Virus record (IMG/VR): IMGVR_UViG_3300005077_000007
Coordinates: 15,249-79,248 of that record
Strand: one strand, 5' to 3'
From: a virus
Length of the DNA stretch: 64,000 nt
A program made the translations under genes and the position numbers. This document shows, piece after piece, positions 9,922-19,957 of the stretch. Numbering within the stretch: position 1 is the stretch's first letter; every line of letters starts with the position of its first letter. The notes under the pieces are model-generated. The model was not told the DNA's origin. It searched no databases and saw only the letters and a list, made by a program, of their open reading frames with translations.

Positions 9922-12900
9922 TATTGAACCCCCGCTCTCGTTCTTACCCTCGGCATCCCACTACGCTCTACTTTTGATACCTTTGCAGGAATATTTTTAC
10001 CATCAATATTCACATATACATTGATATTACTACCATTCCCAATTGATGTATTCAAGTCATCGATTGCTTTTAATAACTTATCCTCCTGCTCTGGCGCACG
10101 AACCGTTTCCTGACCGTCCATGACCATTACCCGAGGGGCGTTCCTTGGGCCAGATATCCTTACATATGACGGCGTCTGCGCACGCTCCTGGAATTTCACA
10201 TTCCCTTGGTCGATAAATCCAGTCCCAACTCCGAACATGGAACCAAGCGAAGAAATTGCTGGATAAATAGGGGCGGCAATTCTATTAAGATCCCGTTGCG
10301 CCTCGACCGCTATATTGGAAGCTTGAATGAGCATTTTTGTGGCCTGCTGACTCTTTCCAGCCGCAAAAAGTTCTGCTACATCCGCAAACATAACTCCAAC
10401 TTCGGTAATTCGTTTTCCAAAAACGCTATCCTTACTCATTAAGCGTTCGTTAATGCTTTTCGTGATTCCATCAACGAATGTTTCGCCAAGCCTCTGTCCA
10501 GCAGTAGACATATCGCCAGTCTTTATAACTGTCTGAAAATATTCCCCAAAAGACTGGAAAGTTTCGTTCACTTTCTCAATGGCTCTTTCTAATTTCTGAA
10601 AATGTATCATACCATCGTTCGCAACAGCCACCAATGATAGCTGTGCCTCATCAGCGGCTTTTGGCACCTTATTGAGCGCCATAATAGCCTGGGTTGCTAT
10701 TCCGCGCATATAATCAAGCGACCCTGATGTCGAAAAAATCGCCGGATCGACCTGACGCCGACCTCCCATTGACTGATTTTTCCTAGCTCCCAAAAGTGCG
10801 CTTTCTATAGTAAATTCACCACCCTTTTTCTTTCCAAAATATGGCAGAAATTGTGGAGCCATTTTATTTAAATATTCTACTGAATCTTCAGCAGAAAGAC
10901 CAAGGGCAGTAAAGTTATTCACCAACGCATTCACAGCCTGATTCGGAGAATACGCACCAAGCCCAGGCGATCTACCAGCGGGGAAAGTTCTCCCAAAAAT
11001 AGCCCCCAACTCCCTAGCGCGTGGAGTAATTGCTGATTGAATTGCTGGATTTACTGGATACCACGGACCACCCTCCATCCCAAATAGGCGAGTATTAATA
11101 CGACCCTTTCCCCCGGATGTCATCGTCGGAAGTCCTACGTTACCAAAGAAATCCCCAAACCATTTTCCAAGAAAATGCTCAGTCATCTTTGGTTTAAACA
11201 TCCCAGCAAGCTTCATGATAAATTGATTCGGGTCGAGTAATGCAACCAATGGTTCAGGTAGTCTACCAATTGGTTCGTTTAGGAACCCCATTGGTCCAGC
11301 CTTCATGGCTGCTCTTCTGATACTTTCCTCAGTCTGGAACGGAGCATTTCTCATCTTTTTTAATACTTTACTAGCCTCTATGGCCTGGTAAATACTCATA
11401 AGTGCCGCCACGACCCATCCAACAACCGGAACAGCGCCACTCACTGTAGAAACCCCAGCGGCGGCAGATGTCGTTGCTGCCGTAGTTGCGCCAGCAGTTC
11501 CCGCCGTTCCTGCGGCAACACCAGCCGGAATAGCGGATGTCACCGCTCCGCCAGCAACCGACATCCCGTATGAAGCCGCCTGAGTTGCTGGGATAGCCCC
11601 AGCGGCTACCGCACTGCCACTACCAGTTAGGCTTCCTAATATTCCACCTAGCCCAACCTTTCCGGCAATAGCCGATATCCCAGCGCCAATCTTATCCGTA
11701 AGGCCAAATCCCTGCAATAATCCACTCGTATTTCCAGCGCCAATACCAAGTAACTTAAATATTCCACCACCAATTTTTGTTCCAGCAATAGCCTTACCAA
11801 TTCCAGTACCAGTAAATTTCCCTAATAATCCGGTAATACCTCCGGAGATTTTTCCACCAAATCCACCAAATTTATCACCCAATATATTGCCTAAAAATCC
11901 TCCACTATCTTGCCCACCAACAAACTGATTAATAAGATTACTAGCTGGTTGCGATTCACCAAGAGATGGCATACGGATAAGATCAGAAATATCCATGTTG
12001 GTATTGACCGGAGCCATGACGGTACCAATGCCCTGCTGCGGTGATGAAGGGGTTGGCGTAGCCGCTCCCGCGCCGGAAGATGATCCACCAAAAATTTGAT
12101 CGAATAATCCGCCAAATCCACCAGAAAAATCTCCCTTAAAAATCTTTCCAATATTCTCTCCAGCCTTATCGGCACCCTGCTTTGTTATACCAGGAAGCCA
12201 CTCAAGGAAGTTTTTCTCAATTTTCTTATCCCATCCAATCTTTTCTTTTAATGTGTAATCTAGGGATTGTCTAAAAATATCCAACGCAGTTGATTTAAAA
12301 GCGCTCTGAAAGACATCACCAAGATTTTGCGTTCCAGATGCTAGTCCCTCAATGGCTGTTCCAACCTGATTGTTCAAAACATCGCCAAGGGAAATAAATT
12401 CACCACGAAGCTCTCGTATCTTGAGTATCTGACGTTCAAGCTCATCTATTCTTTGCCATTCTGCTGCTTTCTTTTCTTCGCTAGCTTGAGCAATTCCAAC
12501 TTCTTTTTTCGCTAAATCAAGCTCTGATCGCTTCTGCGCCAACTCCGCTTCGAGCTTGTCCGTATTATCCGATGCTGTCTCAAGGCTTAATCTTCCCTTA
12601 CTTGTTTCTAGTGCCGCCAGAAGAGCCGCCCTCCTAGCCCGAGCTTGCAATACCTCCCCTTCCTTATCCAGCATTACGCCCTCAGCCCTTTTTTGTTCAA
12701 TCACGAACGGCAGTGTTGCCGATTTGATTGCTTTTTGAACCTCTGATGATGGTAGTCCTTTATCTACGGCAATCTTTGCTTCGATACCTTTTTTTTCGGT
12801 AACAGCCTGAGTAGTATAGTCAAATGCTTCCTTAGCTATCCTTGCCGCATCCTCACGAACGGCAATCTCTTTATCTGCAATTTCGATTTGCTTTGCTAGG

Positions 12901-15900
12901 CTGTTCGCCTCTAGCGCGTAAATCTGCCGTGTGATATCCAGCCGCTGCTGAACAAGGCTTACGGTCGTCTTTGCTCCATCAACCGCCACCTGCGCGGCGT
13001 CTCTTTCTTTTGTAGCTATTTCTATTTTCCTATCATCATTTCTTCTCTCAAGAATATGACGATGACCAATGATATCTGAGATTTCCTCTTCTACGGCCCT
13101 TTTTTCAACTAATCTTGGTGTTCGCGGAAGTGAATCAATCCTCAATGCCTCTAGTTCGCGCTCCTTCTTTTGCTGAAGTGCGCGAAGGTCTGTCGTTGCC
13201 CCCTGGTCTCCAATTATGGCACGCTCAATTGGGACAATCTGCGACTGAATACCGATAATCTTTATCTGCGTAAGAAGTTGAAGCCTCTTATCTTCTACCG
13301 CTTTTAATTCCTTTTGTATGCGTAACCGTGCTATTAGTATTTCATTCTGGGCTGCGAGAAGATCGCCCTCTGCTCGGAGACGGTTAGCTCTCTGTTGGTC
13401 AAGATAGTTATCTGCCGATCTCATCTCAAATCTTTTCTTCAACTCGCCATGTAGTATTTCTAATGAATATGGGACTAGTCCAGTAGCCCCCAGCATGGAT
13501 CTTTCGAATATCTTGGCAATTCTTAGCGACATTTTTTTCAAAGTTAGATTATTCAACGCAACGGCCTGATCCCTTGTATCGTCTAATATGCTTTTCAGTT
13601 CAGCTTGCTCAACGATCAACTGCCTCTTGGCCTCTCTGCTGTTTTGAGCCGCCGCCTCGGCCTGTTCGCTGGATAAAAAGCGTCCACCAAAGGTCCGACC
13701 TTTCGCCGCCTCGGCCTCTTGCTTTTCTGGTAAGAATTGCGCAGAAAGGAACCTTATTCGTTGAAATGCATATAGAGCTTTCTGGTAGGTTGCCCCCTGC
13801 TTTATGTCATCGTTACCAAAAAATGGATTTGTTAATTCTGGCGTAACGTCGCCATATGGTGTAATGGTAAAACCGGGACGAGTGGCTTTTCCGCGTAGTT
13901 TCTCATCCGCCTCTAGCTTAACCTGCTTTTCTGGTAAAATATCCGGTTCTCTAAAGATTCGCTCATTCGCTCTTGACTTTTCAGAAAGACGCCTTTGTAT
14001 ATCTTTTGATACCCCATACCCAGTTCCACCGCCTATTATTGATCCTATTGCTCCCCCTATCCCGATGCTTATGCCACCAGTAAATGGAGCTAGTATTCCT
14101 CCAATGATACTTCCGATTGTACCGCCAAGCACAAGGCCGGTTCCACTGGCAACCATATTTGGAAGGCCACCTATCCCCGGTATATCCATTTCGGCAATCT
14201 TTTGTATAACGATGAGCAAGCCGGTAGCAGCGCGCCAGGCGCCTTTGATTATTTCCGCAAGCGTGAGAAAGGTATTCTCGAGATTTAACATTCTTTCTGG
14301 ACTTTTTGTGATTGCCGCCAATTCGCCACGTATTGATTTTATTCCTGATTTTAACGATTCCATTGCCGATTCGGTCGTTAAATAAATTATCGATTGATAG
14401 GTGCTTAATAGTGAATTTAATAAACCTTGATATGTATGAACGTTATCTTCTAAGGTAATATAAATACCTTTCAGGAGTTCGTTAAGATATGGACCAAGAT
14501 TTCCCTTACGGGTCTGCTCTCTAATTGATGATTCTGTCAATCCAAGGACGTTACCAAGGATCGTTCTTCCAACGTTTAATCCAGTAAAAATATCTCGCAC
14601 GTCCCTGGCGAGTACGTTAAATGGAACTTGTAAGCGTTGCGCAAGTACGGTTAAATTTTCGATAATTGGTATTGAATCTTTTAACGAAATACCAGCGGAT
14701 CGCGCTGATCCGGCCGTTACCGCAAAGGCTTGCGTCACATGGGAAACCGGTAACCCTAAAGCAATCGAATCTTTTACGAGGGTTTTCATGGCTACGGTCG
14801 ATTGTGTATACGCAGACCGAACCTGATCGTAAATTTTTAACCCTATTCCGGTTTCCTTAACCGTCCGTGGGGCCGTTCTTCCACCAGCGGTAATATTTCC
14901 CGCAACGGTTAGAGTTTCGGCAACGGCTAGACGTTTTTGTTCAAAATCGGATGCAATTTTCGTGATCGAAGCAAATGCTCTAACAATTCCGCGTATGGAA
15001 CGCCAAATAACAAAGAGATTGATTAATTGATGACGAACCTGAGAGAGAGAGTCGGCGATCCCACCTCTTACCGTATCGGCATCCCGAACCGCTTTATCAA
15101 GACCATCGATTGGTGACCTTGTATCCCGTGCTCTACGAGCGCGGCGGTCTGATCGATCGCGCCTGCGCTGTTCCCGCTCCGTCCCTCGACCCCTCTCCCA
15201 CGGATGTTCCCATTCGCCCTCATGATCCCATGTGCCCTCCGCTCGTCTATATCCGCTTGCTCCATATTCTAATAATAGTGGCCTACGGCGCCTTGGGGGT
15301 TCTTCGTAGGGAGTAAAACCAGAACCTCCCCCACTACCGTCCCTAGCCATGCGCTGCCTTTCTATTTCCTCTCTCCGTTCTCGTCTCCTTCTGTGAATTC
15401 CACGAATCCACCCCAATGGTCCAACCACCTGACCTGGCGATGTCCCAGCTAATTCAAAGTTTTGACCGTATATATCAGGAAGCATAATCGGATCATTAGG
15501 GTTTTGCATATTGCCCCTAAGTATTCCACGAAATCTCTCACCCCACCCCCTAAGCATACTCGAGGGTCTCCACGTTCCGGTTATTGGTGCTTGAGATAAA
15601 GTAGGACCAGTACCGGCCATTGCGAAGTTTTGACCGTATAGAGCGGGGATCCTCGCCTCTGCTTCGCCATGCAGTAATCCACGATATCTTTGCACCCAAT
15701 TCCTTATGAAGTCCTTGGGTTTCCATGATCCAGTCATCGGAACTTGCGATAACGTTGGGCCAGCCGCGCCAGTTACAAAGCCTTGACCCAATAGGGCTGG
15801 CAAAAGCATGGGGTCATATGCACTACCAACCCCTCGCCGTGGAATTTGTGGAATAATGGTTGGGCCAGTTCCAGCCATTATGAAATTTTGACCGTATAGG

Positions 15901-18413
15901 GCCGGTAGATTCCTACGCGCCCTTTCTTCTTCATATTCCCGCTCACGAGCTTCCTTATAAGCTTTATATCGTTTTGTTTTTATTCTAAGAAACGATATAG
16001 CGGGAGTTTTATTGGATTGAGGTTCCCATACACCAAATATTCGACTTAACGTCTCTGAGGACTTACCTAATGTGAAGTTCACATCACTCTGGATTGGTTG
16101 AGCCATTAGTCTAGGAATAGGTACTAAGGCCCTGCTTGGGTCTAATGGTGGTACAACACGCCTTCTCTCTCTTTCTTTTTGGGCATAGCCTAGTTCAAAA
16201 AAGGGCTTTAATTCACCAGCCCCGCGCATCGAGAACGCACTCTTCTGATCCTCACCAAATGGACCGAATATATATTCCTTGAGGAAATTTTCCCTTTTCC
16301 CCCTTCTTGATCTTGGATCTATCCAACCTAATGGATGTGCGTTCTTTTTTCCTAAGAAATTCTTAGCGTACTCTTGTTTTTTATTAAATTTATCTATCTG
16401 TGCTTGACTCATTAATCCTTCCCTATAGGCCCAATACGCTAAGTGTGAATAATCTTTTTCCCAGGGATATTCTGTTAATCCCGATGCCTTTATGGCGGAT
16501 AGTAAATTATCAAAAAAATCTAAACGATGAGTGTTTCTATTTATTTCATCCCTTCTTTCCGCAGTAGAGGTACGAGGAGGCCCCCCTATCATTTTTGCAT
16601 CTGGCCCAAATAAACCCCATTCTGCTGCTTTTTTTTGCATATATATATGCCCTGGATCTTTATTTAGGGCCTGTAGATGGTGCGCAAACTCATGAACTAG
16701 TAATGATTTTTCTATGTGGGTTCTACCTTTTGTAGCTTTAGCACCAAGGTATGGTTTTACGTGTATACGTCCACCCCCATAACTAGCGCGACTACCGGTT
16801 GGTGAGGAATTCCATGTTAATATTGGCTCATCTATTCTGCTCCAGCCGGTCGCTTTAGTCATTTTTTCTATCAACTCTTCCGCTCCTTGTCTATTAAGCC
16901 GTTCACCAGAATATTCCTCTGGTATCCGTAAAGTATAACGAGCATCTGTTAGTTGATTAGAACCGGTCACCGGAATTCTCTGCGCTCTTTCCGCGAGGAT
17001 TCTTTGCCCTCGCCTTGATCCCGCAGCTACACCTCCAAGCGGAGGGGATTTTCTAGATCCCCTCTCTGTTTCTAATCTTTGAGCTGTGTTGAAATATTCA
17101 ATTTGATCGCCAGTAAGCAATTTATCTCTATGTGCCCAATACGTCAGTTGTGGATATTCCATAGCCCACGCATACGGAGCCTTCACGGCATTAGTTTTAC
17201 GCGCAGCATGAATTACCCAACGTAAAATTTGATAAAAATCGCTGCGATGCCCAACGACATTAGGGTCCGTATCCGCAGGAACCCCCTTTCGTCTCTGATA
17301 AGCACCATATGTATTTAAAATCCATTGAAGTTCGTGTGCGTACTCATGAAGTACGGTTGATGAATTCGCACGAAGCCTTCTTCTCCCTAAGGCTCTACCT
17401 AATCTCCCTGCGGTACTGATCGTTGGAGCTACGTGAATATTTCCTGGCTCATGCCATGCGTCCGTTAGTCCATAAAGTAATCGGTTTTCCCATGTTAACT
17501 TCGGTGGAGGAGAAGTAATATTGAATTTATTTGCTAAGAATCGATGCACTTTATCAATGATTGCCCGAGCCTGTCTTTCGCTAACCCTATCGCCAGTTAC
17601 ATATTTCTGCGTGTATGGCGTATCTATTAAAGTCTCCTCCTTCATGATTGCCCCTAACCTACCAAACCCACCTCGATTCATACGCACTGCCGGAAGTGAA
17701 ACTTCACGGCGATGCGGGATCATGAGACGTGGGGCAACTGGAGGCATCCCGGAGAACCCTATCATTAACGGCGTCTGCCGTGACGGGGAAGGGCGGTGCT
17801 GCGGCCGTCCTATCGACACGCCAGTTCTATTATAAAATGCTATCTCATCAGAGAGTTTTTTTGCCTCCTGAGGACTAATCCCCATACCTATTGCGGCATT
17901 TATGTATTCGGCTCTTGAGTATTGCCTATTTGGTGTAGTATGACTGATTAATGGACGGCTTGGGGTAATGTTACGCGCAGTATGAAAACCACCGCCAGCA
18001 CTAACGCCCTGTCGTATTGCGTTGCTCAATCGGAGCATCGAGCGCATGATGCGTTCGACACCGGCAAGCGCCTTTTCCATTGCTTGGAATTGTGCTGGAT
18101 TAGTAAAAGAGCGTATAGAACGTTCTAGCCGTGACGAAACCGAAGAGATTCGCGTCAATCTTTCAAGAAGCGGGTTCGTTGATGATATGGACGGAAGGGT
18201 ATTTCGTGGGGATAAAAGCGAAGATGGGCCACCAAGGCGGGCCTGGATACGATCGAGCGTTCCAGCCAGCGATGCGCGACCCATCCTGCGAGAAACTTCA
18301 TTAAGAACTTCTGGAAGTTTGCGAAATCGTGCCTCAAGTTTCTCGAGTTTACCCTCGGTTTGCCTTATATCTGTCTCGAGAATTATCTTGATTTTACGAG
18401 TATCTTCGCTCAC
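9921..18413 (-). CDS. Tail tape measure protein (2830 aa) with two N-terminal HEXXH metallopeptidase-like domains
   Basis: Very long ORF right after the tail chaperones. Helical Ala/Lys/Glu coiled-coil and Gly/Ile-rich hydrophobic segments. HEYAH at 17334-17348 and HEFAH at about 16680-16694. Confidence 0.9.
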   Translation of the reverse strand: MSEDTRKIKIILETDIRQTEGKLEKLEARFRKLPEVLNEVSRRMGRASLAGTLDRIQARLGGPSSLLSPRNTLPSISSTNPLLERLTRISSVSSRLERSIRSFTNPAQFQAMEKALAGVERIMRSMLRLSNAIRQGVSAGGGFHTARNITPSRPLISHTTPNRQYSRAEYINAAIGMGISPQEAKKLSDEIAFYNRTGVSIGRPQHRPSPSRQTPLMIGFSGMPPVAPRLMIPHRREVSLPAVRMNRGGFGRLGAIMKEETLIDTPYTQKYVTGDRVSERQARAIIDKVHRFLANKFNITSPPPKLTWENRLLYGLTDAWHEPGNIHVAPTISTAGRLGRALGRRRLRANSSTVLHEYAHELQWILNTYGAYQRRKGVPADTDPNVVGHRSDFYQILRWVIHAARKTNAVKAPYAWAMEYPQLTYWAHRDKLLTGDQIEYFNTAQRLETERGSRKSPPLGGVAAGSRRGQRILAERAQRIPVTGSNQLTDARYTLRIPEEYSGERLNRQGAEELIEKMTKATGWSRIDEPILTWNSSPTGSRASYGGGRIHVKPYLGAKATKGRTHIEKSLLVHEFAHHLQALNKDPGHIYMQKKAAEWGLFGPDAKMIGGPPRTSTAERRDEINRNTHRLDFFDNLLSAIKASGLTEYPWEKDYSHLAYWAYREGLMSQAQIDKFNKKQEYAKNFLGKKNAHPLGWIDPRSRRGKRENFLKEYIFGPFGEDQKSAFSMRGAGELKPFFELGYAQKERERRRVVPPLDPSRALVPIPRLMAQPIQSDVNFTLGKSSETLSRIFGVWEPQSNKTPAISFLRIKTKRYKAYKEAREREYEEERARRNLPALYGQNFIMAGTGPTIIPQIPRRGVGSAYDPMLLPALLGQGFVTGAAGPTLSQVPMTGSWKPKDFIRNWVQRYRGLLHGEAEARIPALYGQNFAMAGTGPTLSQAPITGTWRPSSMLRGWGERFRGILRGNMQNPNDPIMLPDIYGQNFELAGTSPGQVVGPLGWIRGIHRRRRERREEIERQRMARDGSGGGSGFTPYEEPPRRRRPLLLEYGASGYRRAEGTWDHEGEWEHPWERGRGTEREQRRRDRSDRRARRARDTRSPIDGLDKAVRDADTVRGGIADSLSQVRHQLINLFVIWRSIRGIVRAFASITKIASDFEQKRLAVAETLTVAGNITAGGRTAPRTVKETGIGLKIYDQVRSAYTQSTVAMKTLVKDSIALGLPVSHVTQAFAVTAGSARSAGISLKDSIPIIENLTVLAQRLQVPFNVLARDVRDIFTGLNVGRTILGNVLGLTESSIREQTRKGNLGPYLNELLKGIYITLEDNVHTYQGLLNSLLSTYQSIIYLTTESAMESLKSGIKSIRGELAAITKSPERMLNLENTFLTLAEIIKGAWRAATGLLIVIQKIAEMDIPGIGGLPNMVASGTGLVLGGTIGSIIGGILAPFTGGISIGIGGAIGSIIGGGTGYGVSKDIQRRLSEKSRANERIFREPDILPEKQVKLEADEKLRGKATRPGFTITPYGDVTPELTNPFFGNDDIKQGATYQKALYAFQRIRFLSAQFLPEKQEAEAAKGRTFGGRFLSSEQAEAAAQNSREAKRQLIVEQAELKSILDDTRDQAVALNNLTLKKMSLRIAKIFERSMLGATGLVPYSLEILHGELKKRFEMRSADNYLDQQRANRLRAEGDLLAAQNEILIARLRIQKELKAVEDKRLQLLTQIKIIGIQSQIVPIERAIIGDQGATTDLRALQQKKERELEALRIDSLPRTPRLVEKRAVEEEISDIIGHRHILERRNDDRKIEIATKERDAAQVAVDGAKTTVSLVQQRLDITRQIYALEANSLAKQIEIADKEIAVREDAARIAKEAFDYTTQAVTEKKGIEAKIAVDKGLPSSEVQKAIKSATLPFVIEQKRAEGVMLDKEGEVLQARARRAALLAALETSKGRLSLETASDNTDKLEAELAQKRSELDLAKKEVGIAQASEEKKAAEWQRIDELERQILKIRELRGEFISLGDVLNNQVGTAIEGLASGTQNLGDVFQSAFKSTALDIFRQSLDYTLKEKIGWDKKIEKNFLEWLPGITKQGADKAGENIGKIFKGDFSGGFGGLFDQIFGGSSSGAGAATPTPSSPQQGIGTVMAPVNTNMDISDLIRMPSLGESQPASNLINQFVGGQDSGGFLGNILGDKFGGFGGKISGGITGLLGKFTGTGIGKAIAGTKIGGGIFKLLGIGAGNTSGLLQGFGLTDKIGAGISAIAGKVGLGGILGSLTGSGSAVAAGAIPATQAASYGMSVAGGAVTSAIPAGVAAGTAGTAGATTAATTSAAAGVSTVSGAVPVVGWVVAALMSIYQAIEASKVLKKMRNAPFQTEESIRRAAMKAGPMGFLNEPIGRLPEPLVALLDPNQFIMKLAGMFKPKMTEHFLGKWFGDFFGNVGLPTMTSGGKGRINTRLFGMEGGPWYPVNPAIQSAITPRARELGAIFGRTFPAGRSPGLGAYSPNQAVNALVNNFTALGLSAEDSVEYLNKMAPQFLPYFGKKKGGEFTIESALLGARKNQSMGGRRQVDPAIFSTSGSLDYMRGIATQAIMALNKVPKAADEAQLSLVAVANDGMIHFQKLERAIEKVNETFQSFGEYFQTVIKTGDMSTAGQRLGETFVDGITKSINERLMSKDSVFGKRITEVGVMFADVAELFAAGKSQQATKMLIQASNIAVEAQRDLNRIAAPIYPAISSLGSMFGVGTGFIDQGNVKFQERAQTPSYVRISGPRNAPRVMVMDGQETVRAPEQEDKLLKAIDDLNTSIGNGSNINVYVNIDGKNIPAKVSKVERSGMPRVRTRAGVQ

Positions 18414-18414
18414 T

Positions 18415-18741
18415 TCAATCCACTCCTAACTCGTAAATTTCCTCAAAAAGCTTAATATCTTTTTCGTCGATATTTGGTCTTTTCTCCTTCTCCCAAATGT
18501 AGAACATTTCCTCAACAAATGTTCTGACAAATAAGAAGTCCTCCTTATCCCCACCATCCTCCAAGAACGACTTTTCGAGCCTTGCGTAATCTACCTCGAA
18601 ATATGCCGCCATACCGGCCGAGACCGGACGAACCGATGATGATGTCCACATTAATTCCCATACATTTACGACCCATTCCGGTATTTTATCGAGTATACAT
18701 CCATCCTTACACCATTGATCCCTCGGCCATCCCTCGAACAT
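18415..18741 (-). CDS. Tail assembly chaperone C-terminal part (gpT-like), likely reached by -1 frameshift
   Basis: Lies in the -1 frame of the upstream chaperone ORF, and that frame is open from the slippery site to its stop. Confidence 0.75.
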   Translation of the reverse strand: MFEGWPRDQWCKDGCILDKIPEWVVNVWELMWTSSSVRPVSAGMAAYFEVDYARLEKSFLEDGGDKEDFLFVRTFVEEMFYIWEKEKRPNIDEKDIKLFEEIYELGVD

Positions 18742-18770
18742 TGCCTGATGCGCACAACACTTGCACTCCG

Positions 18771-19328
18771 TTAAATTCCTGTCAGAGGGGTCTGTGTCAT
18801 CTGGTCTGTCGCATTCGCAGAACTTTGGGGTGTACTCTGAGGATGAGAATCTAACGAATGCGTCAATGACTTTTTTGCCTTAAAAACTTCCTCCCTGGCA
18901 AACGCTTCAACATCAAGCGCGCCGCGAGTAATTTCATTGAAACTTTCACCAGACATATGTTCAGCAAAGAACACTAATGTATCAAAATCAAATGGCCAAT
19001 CCTTAGGGGCCGATTCGTCGATCAGTTCCGGATTTTCAAGCAGCACTAGGCATAGCCTCTTGGCATTCCCAACCGTACACCCACGCCAGCCCGTCACTAC
19101 TTCAACAATAAACTTCTTACGGAAACTTACCTCCTCTTCCCAGGTTGTTCCGCGCCGCTGCTTCGTGTCGATGCTCTTCGCAAGTGCCGATAGTTTTCGA
19201 TCCGAGACAACCTTTACTTCGAATTCCAATGCTGGTTCTTTCATTTCCTCATCGGCCGGTAGAACTACAACCCAACGACGTAAAACTTCCTTCTTGAGAT
19301 TTTGTGGTACAAACGGTTTAACAAACAT
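18771..19328 (-). CDS. Tail assembly chaperone (gpG-like)
   Basis: Strong SD (GGAGGTGA); position between tail tube and TMP; slippery heptamer near the 3' end. Confidence 0.8.
   Translation of the reverse strand: MFVKPFVPQNLKKEVLRRWVVVLPADEEMKEPALEFEVKVVSDRKLSALAKSIDTKQRRGTTWEEEVSFRKKFIVEVVTGWRGCTVGNAKRLCLVLLENPELIDESAPKDWPFDFDTLVFFAEHMSGESFNEITRGALDVEAFAREEVFKAKKSLTHSLDSHPQSTPQSSANATDQMTQTPLTGI
18870..18876 (-). other. Programmed -1 ribosomal frameshift site A AAA AAG
   Basis: In-frame GCA AAA AAG; the -1 frame reads VIDAFVRFSSSEYTPKFCEC...CKCCAHQA into MFEGW with no stop. Confidence 0.8.
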
Positions 19329-19374
19329 ACTTCACCTCCTGAAAGTCTAAATAGAGAATACACGCTTCTACGTC

Positions 19375-19403
19375 TTGATTCAAGTCTTTTTTTAGACTAT
19401 CAT
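19375..19403 (+). promoter_or_regulatory. Sigma-70-like promoter TTGATT-N17-TATCAT
   Basis: 17-nt spacer; predicted +1 falls at about the ATG at 19410; AGTCT-N6-AGACT inverted repeat in the spacer. Confidence 0.55.
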
Positions 19404-19409
19404 CACCAT

Positions 19410-19925
19410 ATGGACAGTAAAATGAACAAGGTGCTAATTGATGTTTTGCGTAATATGATCGATTACGCGAATGGCGCATCCAATGAGATACCGTATGGAG
19501 TCATCTATGATGAGAATTACCACCGTGTGCTTTTTATTCAACACGGACTTACAGGCCCAGAGCCAAGTGAACTTCGTCAGGCCTTATTCATCTTATCTCA
19601 AATGACAACTTACGAGCAGGTGCACACGATCAGGATAATGATGAACGCCCACGATATAGGTGTTCGTATATTTCCCGATGGATATTCGATCATGGCGGCA
19701 AATAGTTTTTATGGAATGCTGTGGTTGGTATGCTTTTTGCTTACCAAGCATAAATTTTACGACAAAGCAGATCCCAAAAGACTTCCAATTAAAATTTGCA
19801 AAAATAAGATATGTGCAAAAATTTTCGCACACTATCGTCGTGAATATTGTTCAATTGAATGTTTCTCTAGCATTCGAAATGCATACTTCCGTGACTATCA
19901 AAGAAAAAAGCGCGAAGGCCATTAA
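19410..19925 (+). CDS. Opposite-strand moron-like gene, CGNR-type zinc-finger-like protein
   Basis: C-terminal CKNKICAKIF..RREYCSIEC followed by a basic helix; inverted inside the tail operon. Confidence 0.6.
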   Translation: MDSKMNKVLIDVLRNMIDYANGASNEIPYGVIYDENYHRVLFIQHGLTGPEPSELRQALFILSQMTTYEQVHTIRIMMNAHDIGVRIFPDGYSIMAANSFYGMLWLVCFLLTKHKFYDKADPKRLPIKICKNKICAKIFAHYRREYCSIECFSSIRNAYFRDYQRKKREGH

Positions 19926-19957
19926 CCTCCGCGCTTTTTCTTGGACCCCCGCTTACC

